From: a virus
Length of the DNA stretch: 55,242 bases
Virus record (IMG/VR): IMGVR_UViG_3300047160_036265
Strand: one strand, 5' to 3'
Shown: positions 35,275 to 44,318 of the stretch, piece after piece
How the letters are laid out: each line of letters starts with the position of its first letter
Numbering within the stretch: position 1 is the first letter of the stretch
Notes under the pieces: model-generated
Seen by the model: the letters and a program-made list of their open reading frames with translations, nothing else
What the model was told of the DNA's origin: nothing
Database searches by the model: none
Made by a program: the position numbers and the translations under genes

Positions 35275-35459
35275 ATATCACCAGTAATACCGAGAAGCCG
35301 GGCCACCTGTTCTTTGCCGCCGTTCATCGGCAACCCAGCGGCATCGGTGACAAGTTCAACCAGCGCCCGGTCGTATTCGCTGTTTTCCCCATGCTCGGAC
35401 TTGAGATCACGAGCCAGTTTGATGAGCCGTTCCACGGTGACAGTCTTGTTCTGGTCCAC
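35271..35459 (-). CDS. small helix-rich protein (62 aa), GTG start
   Basis: GTG with GGGGAG Shine-Dalgarno. Preceded by a roughly 285-nt leader transcribed from P9. Confidence 0.4.
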   Translation of the reverse strand: MDQNKTVTVERLIKLARDLKSEHGENSEYDRALVELVTDAAGLPMNGGKEQVARLLGITGDI

Positions 35460-35709
35460 AAGTCTCCCCAGCCAACGTGAGCCAGCCGGGGCTGCTCCTT
35501 TCTGAGTTTAAGAGTGCGGCGTCCTTGGCGGTTTTGACCACTTGCCCGATAGTTAAGCGAGCATCCCGTGGCTGGCTTGCGGGCCAATACCCCAGGTACT
35601 CGTCGGGAGCCAAAGAGCAAACGAACCGCAACTCGCTCGCTCCCGGTGGCAGTGCTGCTACGCTAGGCTTCTTCACCCCAGCCGCTTCTGTAGCCGCCGC
35701 TCTTGGGGC

Positions 35710-35922
35710 CTAGTTGACATTCCCCGATTCTACGTCGGGATTCTTCGGTTGTAAAGCATCATTGACGTGCGGCTCACACCAACAGCCGTGGATGCGGATG
35801 CCTCCGCAGTTACAACAATATTGGTTGAGGAAGCCCCGGATGAATTCGAGTCGGTCTTCGGGGCGGAAGTGCTTCTGCCGTTCCAGAAACTCATCGTAAA
35901 GCTGCTTGGCTGACTCCAGCAT
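35710..35922 (-). CDS. Cys-rich small protein (70 aa)
   Basis: CCNCGGIRIHGCWCEPH motif. ATG with GGAGGGG Shine-Dalgarno. Confidence 0.5.
   Translation of the reverse strand: MLESAKQLYDEFLERQKHFRPEDRLEFIRGFLNQYCCNCGGIRIHGCWCEPHVNDALQPKNPDVESGNVN
35727..35755 (-). promoter_or_regulatory. promoter P9 (inside the 3' end of the upstream gene)
   Basis: TTTACAACC + 17 nt + TAGAAT. Confidence 0.55.
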
Positions 35923-36562
35923 GATCCCCTCCGATCTGGTTCGGGACTATGGCCTGTTCCATCCAGTGAACGGAAGTCTGGACGTGGTTGGGGCGAACAT
36001 ATTTGGCGACGTGACGGGCGAAATCTCCATAAGCGAAGCCCTGGCAGGTCCGCACCACATAACCCTCGCAGGTATCGCCAAAGCAAGACCGGCGGGGCCA
36101 GAGCGATTTGATGGCCTTTTCGTCCCAGATGCCTCGGTACAGTACAGGAACGGTAGGAATGTCAAAAAGTCCAGCCCACTCCACCGTCTCATCCCAGGCC
36201 AGGCAGCCGTTGCTGCCATCATATACGCCGATCAGGTAAAAATACGCTGTGAGCCGGTCGTAGAAAATGCTGTGCTTGGCGTAGACGTTTTCGCCGCAAA
36301 GCCGCCAGCCCTCCGGGATGTTGTGTCGGATCGAGGCGTGGAACTGCTTGAGGAGATTGCGAGACGGGTGGTTCTTGGAGTTGAGGGACCGGGCGTGGTA
36401 GTGGATGCAATACATGGACGTGCATTCACCGTCCATTTTTTCCGTCACCACAACCTCTTGGCCTGCAAAATGATCCACGTCGGCCAGAACCTTGTCGTCC
36501 CGGTCGGATTTCTCGCTCCAGGGCAGGTGCGGTGTTCGGGGATATTTGTACAGGCCGTTCAT
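35891..36562 (-). CDS. RNA ligase family protein (PF09414-like; 223 aa)
   Basis: N-terminal YKYPRTPHL, motif I EKMDGE (KxDG), motif III GENVYAKH, motif IV EGYVVR, motif V KYVRP. Confidence 0.7.
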   Translation of the reverse strand: MNGLYKYPRTPHLPWSEKSDRDDKVLADVDHFAGQEVVVTEKMDGECTSMYCIHYHARSLNSKNHPSRNLLKQFHASIRHNIPEGWRLCGENVYAKHSIFYDRLTAYFYLIGVYDGSNGCLAWDETVEWAGLFDIPTVPVLYRGIWDEKAIKSLWPRRSCFGDTCEGYVVRTCQGFAYGDFARHVAKYVRPNHVQTSVHWMEQAIVPNQIGGDHAGVSQAALR

Positions 36563-36583
36563 GACCGTTCTCCTCAGCCTAGT

Positions 36584-37396
36584 TTACTGTCCGGCGGGCT
36601 GAGTTGTTAAGTCCCGTTCACGCACGATGGGCCGGTCAACGCTCCAGTGTTCCGGCAGGAATTGGGGGTCCATCGTCTCGATGAAGTGCGCCCGCCACAT
36701 TTTCACAAACGCATCCATGCTGCCGTAAGTTTCGCTGATTTTACCAACCACCGTGGGGCCATGCTCGGCATAGTCCTCGGTATAAACAACGGATTCCAGC
36801 GAATCGGCACGCTCAATATCCTCCAGGGTGATGTCGTGCTTCTGATAGAAGTCGCGCAAGGTCTGAAGCAGTTCCTCGCGCCGACCAGGAGGAATACGGT
36901 CCCAATGTTTTGCCAGGGCGCAGGCGTGCTTTTTCAATTTAACAATGGCTTTATCGCAATACCAGCCGGTGCCGGTCAGGGGAATCTGATGCTCAACGGC
37001 CAACTTTTCCTTCACCCTGGTAGCTACTTCCTCATAACGGTCGTGACAGGCCACACACATGAGGAGAACGTCATGATAGTTGTGGTCCTTGAGGACCGCC
37101 GGGAAGTAACGACGGTAGCAATAGGGGATGATATGATGCCGGGTGAGTTCCACCATCGACCCGCAGACGACACATTCGTTGCGCTTGCTGGTCAGATAAT
37201 ACTGATCGCCACTATGGCCAGGGCCGTTTGGCTGGAAGCGCAGTTGAATTGTCGGCGGGCTGTCCTTCAGCTTGTCGGCAAGGCCCCGCTCCAAGTACCA
37301 GTCGATCTTGTCCTGGTTGCAGTGGAACATGATTTCGCCCTCCGGGCTAAGGACGTGGCAGTTCCCGTATAATTTGCCCTTCAGTGGCCGTGTCAC
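36584..37396 (-). CDS. HNH-motif protein (270 aa), GTG start
   Basis: CVVCGS...LTRHHIIPY...CVACH (HNH-like). GTG immediately after the upstream TAG stop. Confidence 0.5.
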   Translation of the reverse strand: MTRPLKGKLYGNCHVLSPEGEIMFHCNQDKIDWYLERGLADKLKDSPPTIQLRFQPNGPGHSGDQYYLTSKRNECVVCGSMVELTRHHIIPYCYRRYFPAVLKDHNYHDVLLMCVACHDRYEEVATRVKEKLAVEHQIPLTGTGWYCDKAIVKLKKHACALAKHWDRIPPGRREELLQTLRDFYQKHDITLEDIERADSLESVVYTEDYAEHGPTVVGKISETYGSMDAFVKMWRAHFIETMDPQFLPEHWSVDRPIVRERDLTTQPAGQ

Positions 37397-38395
37397 CTAT
37401 ATACTCCGTTTCCTCGCCGCATTCAGCCAGGACAGGTAGAACTTCTCCATGTGAATGTCAATGAAGGCGTCGTCCCGGCCCCCTTCGACCTTACGGTAAG
37501 GGGCAAAAACCTCGTCCCAAAGGGCCTGGCTCTCCTCACAATATAAGGCCAGGAAGTCCTTCTCTTGGCAGGGTTCCATGTCGCGCAGATTGCACGAACG
37601 GTCGAAGAACTTGATGACCTTGGCTTCCCACGAGACGGACTGCAAATGCTCCCGGTCCATCTTCTTGCGTTCGGCCCGGCGCAACTTCGACCCCTTGCTG
37701 GGGTTGGTCAGTTCCAGCACCAGCTTCAAAACGTCCTCGCCCGCTGTACTGATAATGGCCGAGTGCGGAACGCCGGGGCAGTCCTCCACAACATCATGGA
37801 GCCACGCCGCCTTGCCCATGCGGAGCCACTGGTCCAGAGGGAGATCACGCCGCCACCAGTTGATGCGATCAAATACCTGCGACGGGTGCAGGATGAAATC
37901 GCCCCCACCATATTTCCGCTTCTGGCCTTCATGGGCGCAATAAGCCAGGAGAATGGTATTTCGCAGGCTCTTGTCCATGAACATGCCATGAACGAACATA
38001 TGACAGTTGACGCAGGTGCCGTCGCCGCTGAGGTTCCAACAAGTGTTGCGCCAATCGTGGTTGCACGCCAGCATCTCGGTGAGACGGGTGTGGGCCATCC
38101 GTTCGGCGGCGATCCAGCCCCCGGCCTTGTCGCCGGAGCTTCCGCCCATCACGCTGAAGCGGGCGCGATGGATGGCCTTGTTGTGCCAAAAATCGAGGGC
38201 GGTGATATGTTCTGGGACCGGCACGAACACGGTAATGCCGCAGTTGGGATCGTTGGGGTTCTCGCTCAGAACGTATTCCAGCCCCAGCTTGCGGTTATAG
38301 GAGCAGCGGATGTCAGCATCCTCCGGCCAATCGAGTTGGCACTGGTATTTACCGCCTGGGGGTGGACTGTTGATGATGGGAACGAGGGGTTTCAT
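37397..38395 (-). CDS. RelA/SpoT-type HD-domain protein (small alarmone hydrolase-like) with N-terminal Cys-rich domain (about 332 aa)
   Basis: AHEGQKR...FILHP, AAWLHDVVEDC and FDRSCNLRDM, matching the (p)ppGpp hydrolase HD motifs. ATG (MKPLVP...) overlaps the upstream TAA (TAATG). Confidence 0.7.
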   Translation of the reverse strand: MKPLVPIINSPPPGGKYQCQLDWPEDADIRCSYNRKLGLEYVLSENPNDPNCGITVFVPVPEHITALDFWHNKAIHRARFSVMGGSSGDKAGGWIAAERMAHTRLTEMLACNHDWRNTCWNLSGDGTCVNCHMFVHGMFMDKSLRNTILLAYCAHEGQKRKYGGGDFILHPSQVFDRINWWRRDLPLDQWLRMGKAAWLHDVVEDCPGVPHSAIISTAGEDVLKLVLELTNPSKGSKLRRAERKKMDREHLQSVSWEAKVIKFFDRSCNLRDMEPCQEKDFLALYCEESQALWDEVFAPYRKVEGGRDDAFIDIHMEKFYLSWLNAARKRSI

Positions 38396-38787
38396 TAGTT
38401 GCTCCATGAGGCGAAGATACGTTTGACCGCCAAGACACAGTTGCCTGGGGCTAGGACGGTCAGGACAGGTACGTTGGACGGCATCCGCAGGGTTGAGTGA
38501 ATATCGACCTGATAATCCGCCACAGAAGCGAATACCGGGCAGGCGATGACGATATGAGGGGTATTGGCGGCAACCATGCCGGATAAAGCGTTTGACCGCC
38601 CAGCAACCGTGACGAAGACCACCTGATCCTCATTTTCAAATCTGCCGAGAATTTCGAGTAGTTCCCTGGGGCTTTTATGGGCGGAACAGTAATGGATGGA
38701 AACAGGGAAAGATTCCCGAAAGGGGTTGGCGATTTGTTCAACGTGGTCCTTGTCCTTCTCGGAACCAGCGATAATAACGAGTATCAT
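38395..38787 (-). CDS. PurE-like (AIR carboxylase family) protein (130 aa)
   Basis: IIAGSEKD...SAHKSP...AGRSNALSGMVAANT...IACPV, matching PurE signature blocks. ATGA-coupled. Confidence 0.65.
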   Translation of the reverse strand: MILVIIAGSEKDKDHVEQIANPFRESFPVSIHYCSAHKSPRELLEILGRFENEDQVVFVTVAGRSNALSGMVAANTPHIVIACPVFASVADYQVDIHSTLRMPSNVPVLTVLAPGNCVLAVKRIFASWSN

Positions 38788-39017
38788 TTGATAAGGTCCA
38801 ATAGAAATTCGGGGCTGTAGAGGGAAACCTCAAACCCCTTGCCTGTCAGTTCCATGAGCAGAATGCGGAGGTTCTGCGCCCGCTGCGGGCTGTCCTTCAT
38901 GATTTGCCGCACAAGCACCTTGGCTTCCTCGTCTACTTCTTGTTCCGAGAAGTAGGGGCCGTGCTTGGTGCAGGCGAAGGTTTCGACCAGGACGATCCAG
39001 TATTCTTTGAGTTTCAT
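38784..39017 (-). CDS. hypothetical protein (77 aa)
   Basis: ATGA-coupled. Confidence 0.45.
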   Translation of the reverse strand: MKLKEYWIVLVETFACTKHGPYFSEQEVDEEAKVLVRQIMKDSPQRAQNLRILLMELTGKGFEVSLYSPEFLLDLIK

Positions 39018-39511
39018 CCTTGGAACCTCCGCAGGTCCGCAGGAACATCCTCGTAATTGACAACCACACCCTTTTCCTTCTGGATGGCACGAATGGTTTC
39101 GTGGGTATATTGCTGCCGCTTACCCATGCCGCTGAGATCGACGCCGGCTGCGAGGAAGCGCCCGACCGCATATTGTTCCACCGCCTTCTGCCACCGCCAA
39201 TAATAGCGAATGGCTTGGTGGACGCTGGCGTAGCGGCAGCGGTCGTAGAAGTCGTCCTCACGGTGGCTGGGCATGGACTCGTGTTCCCACTCTCCCAGCT
39301 TGTTAAGACAGCCGAAGGTGCCCTTGATGGCCCAAAGCTCCGGCTTGTCCTTATCGCGCCGGCCCATGTTGCGAACATGGACGCCGTGCATTTTCTGGTC
39401 GTCGGAAAAGAACTCCCACCAGAACGGAACGCCGCCCAGCAGAGGCTCAGGGCCGAGATAAAACTCGCTGGCCAACTCCAGCAGGATGCTATCAGAAACT
39501 TTGTCCGCCAT
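39014..39511 (-). CDS. hypothetical protein (165 aa)
   Basis: Protein-like ORF that overlaps the upstream gene. Confidence 0.5.
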   Translation of the reverse strand: MADKVSDSILLELASEFYLGPEPLLGGVPFWWEFFSDDQKMHGVHVRNMGRRDKDKPELWAIKGTFGCLNKLGEWEHESMPSHREDDFYDRCRYASVHQAIRYYWRWQKAVEQYAVGRFLAAGVDLSGMGKRQQYTHETIRAIQKEKGVVVNYEDVPADLRRFQG

Positions 39512-40142
39512 TCTGGTTCTCCAGGGCCAGAATCAGCCGGTCCACGCCAATGGCCCAGCCAATCCCGCAGTCATAGCGCCCGCCGCCCGCCACCTGCTTT
39601 TGGGCACCCAAGCTAGGCACTTCTACCTCGAAGCCGTCTTCAACATAATAGGACAAGCCACGCTTGACGCTCGCGTTGAGGACGTAATTCTCCAGCCCGA
39701 TTGTACGGAGAAACAGGTCCAGAAGTTTAGTCATTTCCTCCTTACTGGCGGTTCCGCCCAGGTTCTCCACCCCGAATTGCCAGAATTCCCGGTAACGACC
39801 GGCCTGGGGACGGTCATAACGGTAACACCGGCTGAGGTAGAAGACCTTGACGGGTTTGGGCAGGACTTTGCTCCAGTCGTTCTTAAATTCCGCCTGGACG
39901 ATGGCGGTGACTTCCGGGATGAGGCAGATTTCCCTGCCGCCCAGGTCGTCAAAGACGTACATCTGGCCCAGGATTTCAGGCCCGGCCTTGTCGGTGAAGA
40001 CTTCCGAAGAGGCCAACAGCGAGGGGAAGAACTCCTGATAGCCTTCAGCAATGGCGGTGTAGCGCAGGGTGTCGGTCGCGTCCCGAAACGCCTTGGCCTT
40101 GGCCCCGAACAGGTGGCGGGTGCCTCTAATCGAGTTTGACAT
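39492..40142 (-). CDS. HisRS-like class II aminoacyl-tRNA synthetase catalytic-core protein (216 aa; no anticodon-binding domain)
   Basis: GTRHLFG...MYVFDDLGGREICLIPEVTA (motif 1 region), CYRYDRPQAGRYREFWQFG (motif 2), GGGRYD (motif 3). Confidence 0.7.
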   Translation of the reverse strand: MSNSIRGTRHLFGAKAKAFRDATDTLRYTAIAEGYQEFFPSLLASSEVFTDKAGPEILGQMYVFDDLGGREICLIPEVTAIVQAEFKNDWSKVLPKPVKVFYLSRCYRYDRPQAGRYREFWQFGVENLGGTASKEEMTKLLDLFLRTIGLENYVLNASVKRGLSYYVEDGFEVEVPSLGAQKQVAGGGRYDCGIGWAIGVDRLILALENQNGGQSF

Positions 40143-41091
40143 CTCCGCTCATCAACCCTTCTCGAATGCGTTCCAGCCCCCGCTCCCGCAGTTGCCGGAC
40201 TCGTTCCTTGGTCAAGCCCAAGTCCTTGCTAATCTCCTTCAAGGTACGCTTTGTGCCGCCATTCTTCAAGCCAAACCACTGTTCGATGACGTATCGCTTG
40301 CGGTCGTCTTCATCGCCCAAGGTCTTCATCAGGCGGGCCACGTTCTTCTTGACAAGCTCCTTCCCCTCCTCATAGTCCCGCAGGTCTTCGTCGCTGGTGT
40401 CCAGGCGGGTGTCATAAATCCCGTCATCAAAACCAGTCACAAACCGCTCATTAAAGGTTCGCTCACCGGCCAGATCACGGGTGAAGTTGTTAAGCAGAAC
40501 CCAGGTGGCGTAGGTGGAGAATTTGAAACCACGGGTCCAATCGAAGCAGTCCACGGCCTTAACGATGTTCATATAAGCATCGGCAAGCAAGTCGTGCATG
40601 AGGCTGTGGGAGCGGTAAAAGTCCGTCCGCTTCCGCAACACCTGAGCGGCGAGGCGGGTGTTGGAACACACGAGTTGGTGCTTCACAACCTCGGCTTGTT
40701 TCAGACATAACTCAACCCGCTCAATAGATTTCAGCGCCCGCTCGTGTTGCTCCGGGGTCGGGGCCTTGGAGCGCCGCAAGGTCCGGGTCAGACGACGGGC
40801 TTTGTACTTGAGGAAGTTATATTTGCGAAACAAATGCCGCTCCTGGTCTTTATCCAGCAGCGGCTCCTGGTATAATGGCATCAGTTCGCTAGGAATATTC
40901 TGGTGCTTGAGCTTGGCGACTTCCTGGCGCTTCTCGTTGAATTCATCCATCCGGGGCATCTCAGCCAGGATTTCCGCCTGCATAGAGCGGAGATCGAAGT
41001 CCGGCGACTTGAATATCTTGAACTTCGGGCTGCTCACATAACTCACCAATTCTTTCGCGCGCTGCGCAATGTCATCCTTTACTGCCAACAT
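40126..41091 (-). CDS. sigma-70 family sigma factor (321 aa)
   Basis: Region 2 DLLADAYMNIVKAVDCFDWTRGFKFSTYATWVL. Region 4 TLKEISKDLGLTKERVRQLRERGLERIR. AAAGGAGG Shine-Dalgarno. Own P10 promoter. Confidence 0.85.
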   Translation of the reverse strand: MLAVKDDIAQRAKELVSYVSSPKFKIFKSPDFDLRSMQAEILAEMPRMDEFNEKRQEVAKLKHQNIPSELMPLYQEPLLDKDQERHLFRKYNFLKYKARRLTRTLRRSKAPTPEQHERALKSIERVELCLKQAEVVKHQLVCSNTRLAAQVLRKRTDFYRSHSLMHDLLADAYMNIVKAVDCFDWTRGFKFSTYATWVLLNNFTRDLAGERTFNERFVTGFDDGIYDTRLDTSDEDLRDYEEGKELVKKNVARLMKTLGDEDDRKRYVIEQWFGLKNGGTKRTLKEISKDLGLTKERVRQLRERGLERIREGLMSGDVKLD

Positions 41092-41122
41092 GGTGCCTCC
41101 TTTCGGCAGTTACGCAGAACGA

Positions 41123-41152
41123 ATTATATGCTAAATCGAGATGGTTGTAAAG
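41123..41152 (-). promoter_or_regulatory. promoter P10 (sigma factor gene)
   Basis: TTTACAACC + 17 nt + TATAAT. Confidence 0.65.
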
Positions 41153-41168
41153 TGCGAAATATAAGGAT

Positions 41169-41576
41169 TTACGGAACGGGCACCAAGAAAGAGTTGAGCG
41201 CCCGGACGATATTCCGCACCTTATATCCCTTGGGGTGGTCCACGACCACCGTTATTTCCTGATCGGCCACGGCCCAGGGCTTGCCGGCGGCGTTGCTTTC
41301 GATGATGACGTAGACCATAGAGTTGTGGGTATAGCGGCGGCTATAACCCAGGCGGTCCCACAGTTCCTTGGCCTGCGGGGATTGGAAAATAAAAAACTCG
41401 TTGCGATCCAGCCTGGAGCGACCCCGCAAGCTAGGTGCGCCGTTAGGCGGGTCGTCATACTCCACCACCATTTCCGGCCAGTGGGCTTTGCACAGACCGA
41501 GAATGCCCTTCTCGATCTGTGCATATTTCTTGCCTTCCGGCCAGGTGTAGAGCAGATCGTAACCGCCGATTTCCAT
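41169..41576 (-). CDS. hypothetical protein (135 aa)
   Basis: ATG overlaps the upstream stop. Confidence 0.5.
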   Translation of the reverse strand: MEIGGYDLLYTWPEGKKYAQIEKGILGLCKAHWPEMVVEYDDPPNGAPSLRGRSRLDRNEFFIFQSPQAKELWDRLGYSRRYTHNSMVYVIIESNAAGKPWAVADQEITVVVDHPKGYKVRNIVRALNSFLVPVP

Positions 41577-43138
41577 TATTTACCGCAGGTTGGGTCGTAT
41601 TTGTGCATCATCTGATTGATGGTAGCCAGGTCCAGCGGTTTGACCAGGAAATCATGGAATCCGGCGTCCTGGGCACGCTGGCGGTCCTTCTCCTGGCCGA
41701 AGCCGGTGACGGCGATGACTTTTGTTTCCGGCACGAGGCGGATCAACTCCTGGCAGACCTTGTAGCCGTCCATGTAGGGCAGGCCAATGTCCAGCAGCAC
41801 GATATTGGGTACGAACTCGGTCGCGCTCTTCAGGGCCGCTGGGCCATCGTTGGCCACCCACACGTCGTAGCCCTGCATCCGCAGCATGGCCACCATGCTG
41901 TCCGCCGCATCCACATTGTCATCCACGACGAGGATGCGGCAGTCCTTGGTAGGGGCGATGGGGAATGACGCAGGTTCCCCGGTATCCTCCTTGCGTGGTG
42001 AACCGCCCTCGATGGATTCCGGTACGGGAACCTCGTCGCCCACATCGCTTACGGGGAATTCGATGCTGAAGGTGGACCCCAGGTTGAGGCCCGGCGAATG
42101 AGCGGCAACGGTTCCTCCCTGAAGCTCCGTCAACTGCTTGACGAGGCTCAGACCTACTCCCAGACCGCCGTGGGTCTGGTATTCGCCCCGGCGCTCGGCC
42201 TGCACGAACAGGTCGAAAATACGGGGCAGCATGGTTTCGGAGATGCCGATGCCGGTATCCACGACTTCGATTTTTACCTTCTTCTGGTCATCCGAGAGGA
42301 GGCAGTTGAGACGGATTTTTCCACCCGGTTCCGTATATTTGGCAGCGTTGTTGAGCAAATTGGAAATCGCCTGCTCGACACGGGGCGCATCGCCCACCAT
42401 CCAGATCGCCTCGGACGGGATGGAAATGTATAAGGAGTGATAGCGGGTGTCGATGGCGGGCCGTGACTGGTCGATGGCGTTGGAAATGGCCCGCTGAAGC
42501 TGGACTGGCTCCTGCTTGATATTGATTTTGCCCCGGCTGATGCGGGCCATGTCCAGCAAGTCATCCAGCAACCGGCCCATATGCTTGACCTGGCGCTCGA
42601 TGATATTACGGTGGTCGCGCAGTACGGCGTCCTGGTTGCCGTCGCGCATCCGGGACACCTGGAGCGACGACAGGATTGGGGCCAGCGGGTTGCGCAGTTC
42701 GTGGGACAGAACGGCCAGGAACTCATCCTTGCGGCGGTCGGCCTCGGCCAGTTCGTCAATCCACTTCTTGCGTTCGCTGATGTCCCGAATAACGGCGACA
42801 ATCCCCTCCTGGTCGCCGTGGTTGAACTTGGACAGGGACATCTCGACGGCGAATTCCTCACCGTTACGACGCCGGCCCACCGTCTCGACCAGTGAGCCGA
42901 TCATGGGGCCTTCCCCGGTGGCCTTATAGTGGACGATACCCCGTGCCATCTCCTCCTGCATACGCAGCGGCACGAAGTCCGCACAGGCAACAACCTTGTT
43001 GACCATCTCCTCCTGCCGATAGCCGAACATCCGTTCCGCCGCCGGGTTGAAATGGGTGATGAGCAAGTCCTGGTTGGCGATGATGATGGCATCCTGGGCG
43101 CTGTCGAGGATGGCTTGCAACATGGCTATATCCTCCAT
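41576..43138 (-). CDS. hybrid sensor histidine kinase (PAS-HisKA-HATPase-REC; about 520 aa)
   Basis: H-box SHELRNPL, N/G boxes LLNNAAKY, DTGIGI, GGLGVGL. C-terminal receiver ILVVDDN...LLDIGLPYMDG...KPLD. TGATG coupling. Confidence 0.8.
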   Translation of the reverse strand: MEDIAMLQAILDSAQDAIIIANQDLLITHFNPAAERMFGYRQEEMVNKVVACADFVPLRMQEEMARGIVHYKATGEGPMIGSLVETVGRRRNGEEFAVEMSLSKFNHGDQEGIVAVIRDISERKKWIDELAEADRRKDEFLAVLSHELRNPLAPILSSLQVSRMRDGNQDAVLRDHRNIIERQVKHMGRLLDDLLDMARISRGKINIKQEPVQLQRAISNAIDQSRPAIDTRYHSLYISIPSEAIWMVGDAPRVEQAISNLLNNAAKYTEPGGKIRLNCLLSDDQKKVKIEVVDTGIGISETMLPRIFDLFVQAERRGEYQTHGGLGVGLSLVKQLTELQGGTVAAHSPGLNLGSTFSIEFPVSDVGDEVPVPESIEGGSPRKEDTGEPASFPIAPTKDCRILVVDDNVDAADSMVAMLRMQGYDVWVANDGPAALKSATEFVPNIVLLDIGLPYMDGYKVCQELIRLVPETKVIAVTGFGQEKDRQRAQDAGFHDFLVKPLDLATINQMMHKYDPTCGK

Positions 43139-43539
43139 CACCCCTGGTCAGGGGGCAGTTCCGTAAAGAAGTCCTCGGATTGCTCGACAACCTCTTGCCC
43201 CCCTTGTCGTGCAGCGAGTTTGTGACCCAGACGGAGCAGACCTAGCGCGATATGCGGAGGAAGGTTATGAACCTCCATTTGCAGGTCAATGCCCATAAGC
43301 TCGAACCTGGGCAGCAAGAGAACGAATTGCGGTTGCGGCCTCTTGCGCAACTCGGCCAGCAGTTGATCGGTTGTAGCCAACTCCAGGTCGAGTTGCAAGG
43401 GGTCTTTTCCCACAAGGACGTTCAGACGTTGCTGCAAGTCATGTGCCCGAACTTTGTAGCGGTACAAACGAAAAACCAGATAACCCCCCATCGCCGTGAG
43501 CAGCAGCGCCGTGAGGCTGGCAACTACGAGGTTGAACAT
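43138..43539 (-). CDS. membrane-anchored protein (about 133 aa)
   Basis: Internal ATG (MFNLVVAS...) with AAGGAGAGGG Shine-Dalgarno. N-terminal TM helix. Immediately upstream of the hybrid kinase. Confidence 0.5.
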   Translation of the reverse strand: MFNLVVASLTALLLTAMGGYLVFRLYRYKVRAHDLQQRLNVLVGKDPLQLDLELATTDQLLAELRKRPQPQFVLLLPRFELMGIDLQMEVHNLPPHIALGLLRLGHKLAARQGGQEVVEQSEDFFTELPPDQG

Positions 43540-43760
43540 GGTCCCTCTCCTTGGTAAATCATGCACTTATCGTAACGGGTGCCGTCCAGGCACCAAAGTT
43601 GCAAGGATGCAGTGTCGCAGACCATCCGCCGCCAATCCTCCAGCGGTTCGGCTGGCTGGCCCTTGGTGCAATAACAGCCCTTCCGGTCTGCGGCAATGTG
43701 AGGGCAGACTTTCTTGCCCTGGCTCTCCAGCCACAGTTCTTCCCAAAGTTGCACGGCCAC
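43524..43760 (-). CDS. Cys-rich small protein (78 aa; GTG start, uncertain)
   Basis: No Shine-Dalgarno. Eight Cys. Confidence 0.3.
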   Translation of the reverse strand: MAVQLWEELWLESQGKKVCPHIAADRKGCYCTKGQPAEPLEDWRRMVCDTASLQLWCLDGTRYDKCMIYQGEGPCSTS

Positions 43761-43765
43761 AGCCC

Positions 43766-44314
43766 TTAGAGGCGACGGATCACTTGGTTGACCAGCCTCT
43801 CACGCCACGAGAAATTGGTCCAATCCGGTGCCTTCTCGAATGAGAAGTCGTGAGGAAAAGCAGTGTATTTTACCACGCTGCCATCTCGTGTCAATAATAA
43901 TGGTTGCACGCCCTTCACAAATTCTTCATCCACGCTCACAACCCACGGCTCGACATATATGCCGTGCTGAGGCCGACAAGCCTGGCCGATGGTCAGATCG
44001 AGCATTTCATTTTGCGAAACCACGACCAAATGGCCGGACCACTTCCCTTCAGTATAACCATATCCCAGGCCAACGCTATAGGAACCGTCCGTCTGGAAAG
44101 CTTCTTCCAGAGCGGCGGTAGTGCGTGGTGCGCGTCCTTCGCTCATGCGCCTGACCAGCGGCTCATTATAAATAAGGGCCTTCACCGACAGCGGTTGAGC
44201 GGGGATTTTGAAAAAATGCAGCACGTCGAGGGCGACCCGACTGGCAAGAATGCAGCAATCGGGCCGGTGGTTGCATAGTACCTCCGGGATCAACGTCCGA
44301 AGCCGCTCCAACAT
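43766..44314 (-). CDS. hypothetical protein (about 182 aa)
   Basis: Internal ATG (MLERLRTL...) with AAGGGG Shine-Dalgarno. Confidence 0.5.
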   Translation of the reverse strand: MLERLRTLIPEVLCNHRPDCCILASRVALDVLHFFKIPAQPLSVKALIYNEPLVRRMSEGRAPRTTAALEEAFQTDGSYSVGLGYGYTEGKWSGHLVVVSQNEMLDLTIGQACRPQHGIYVEPWVVSVDEEFVKGVQPLLLTRDGSVVKYTAFPHDFSFEKAPDWTNFSWRERLVNQVIRRL

Positions 44315-44318
44315 GGGA

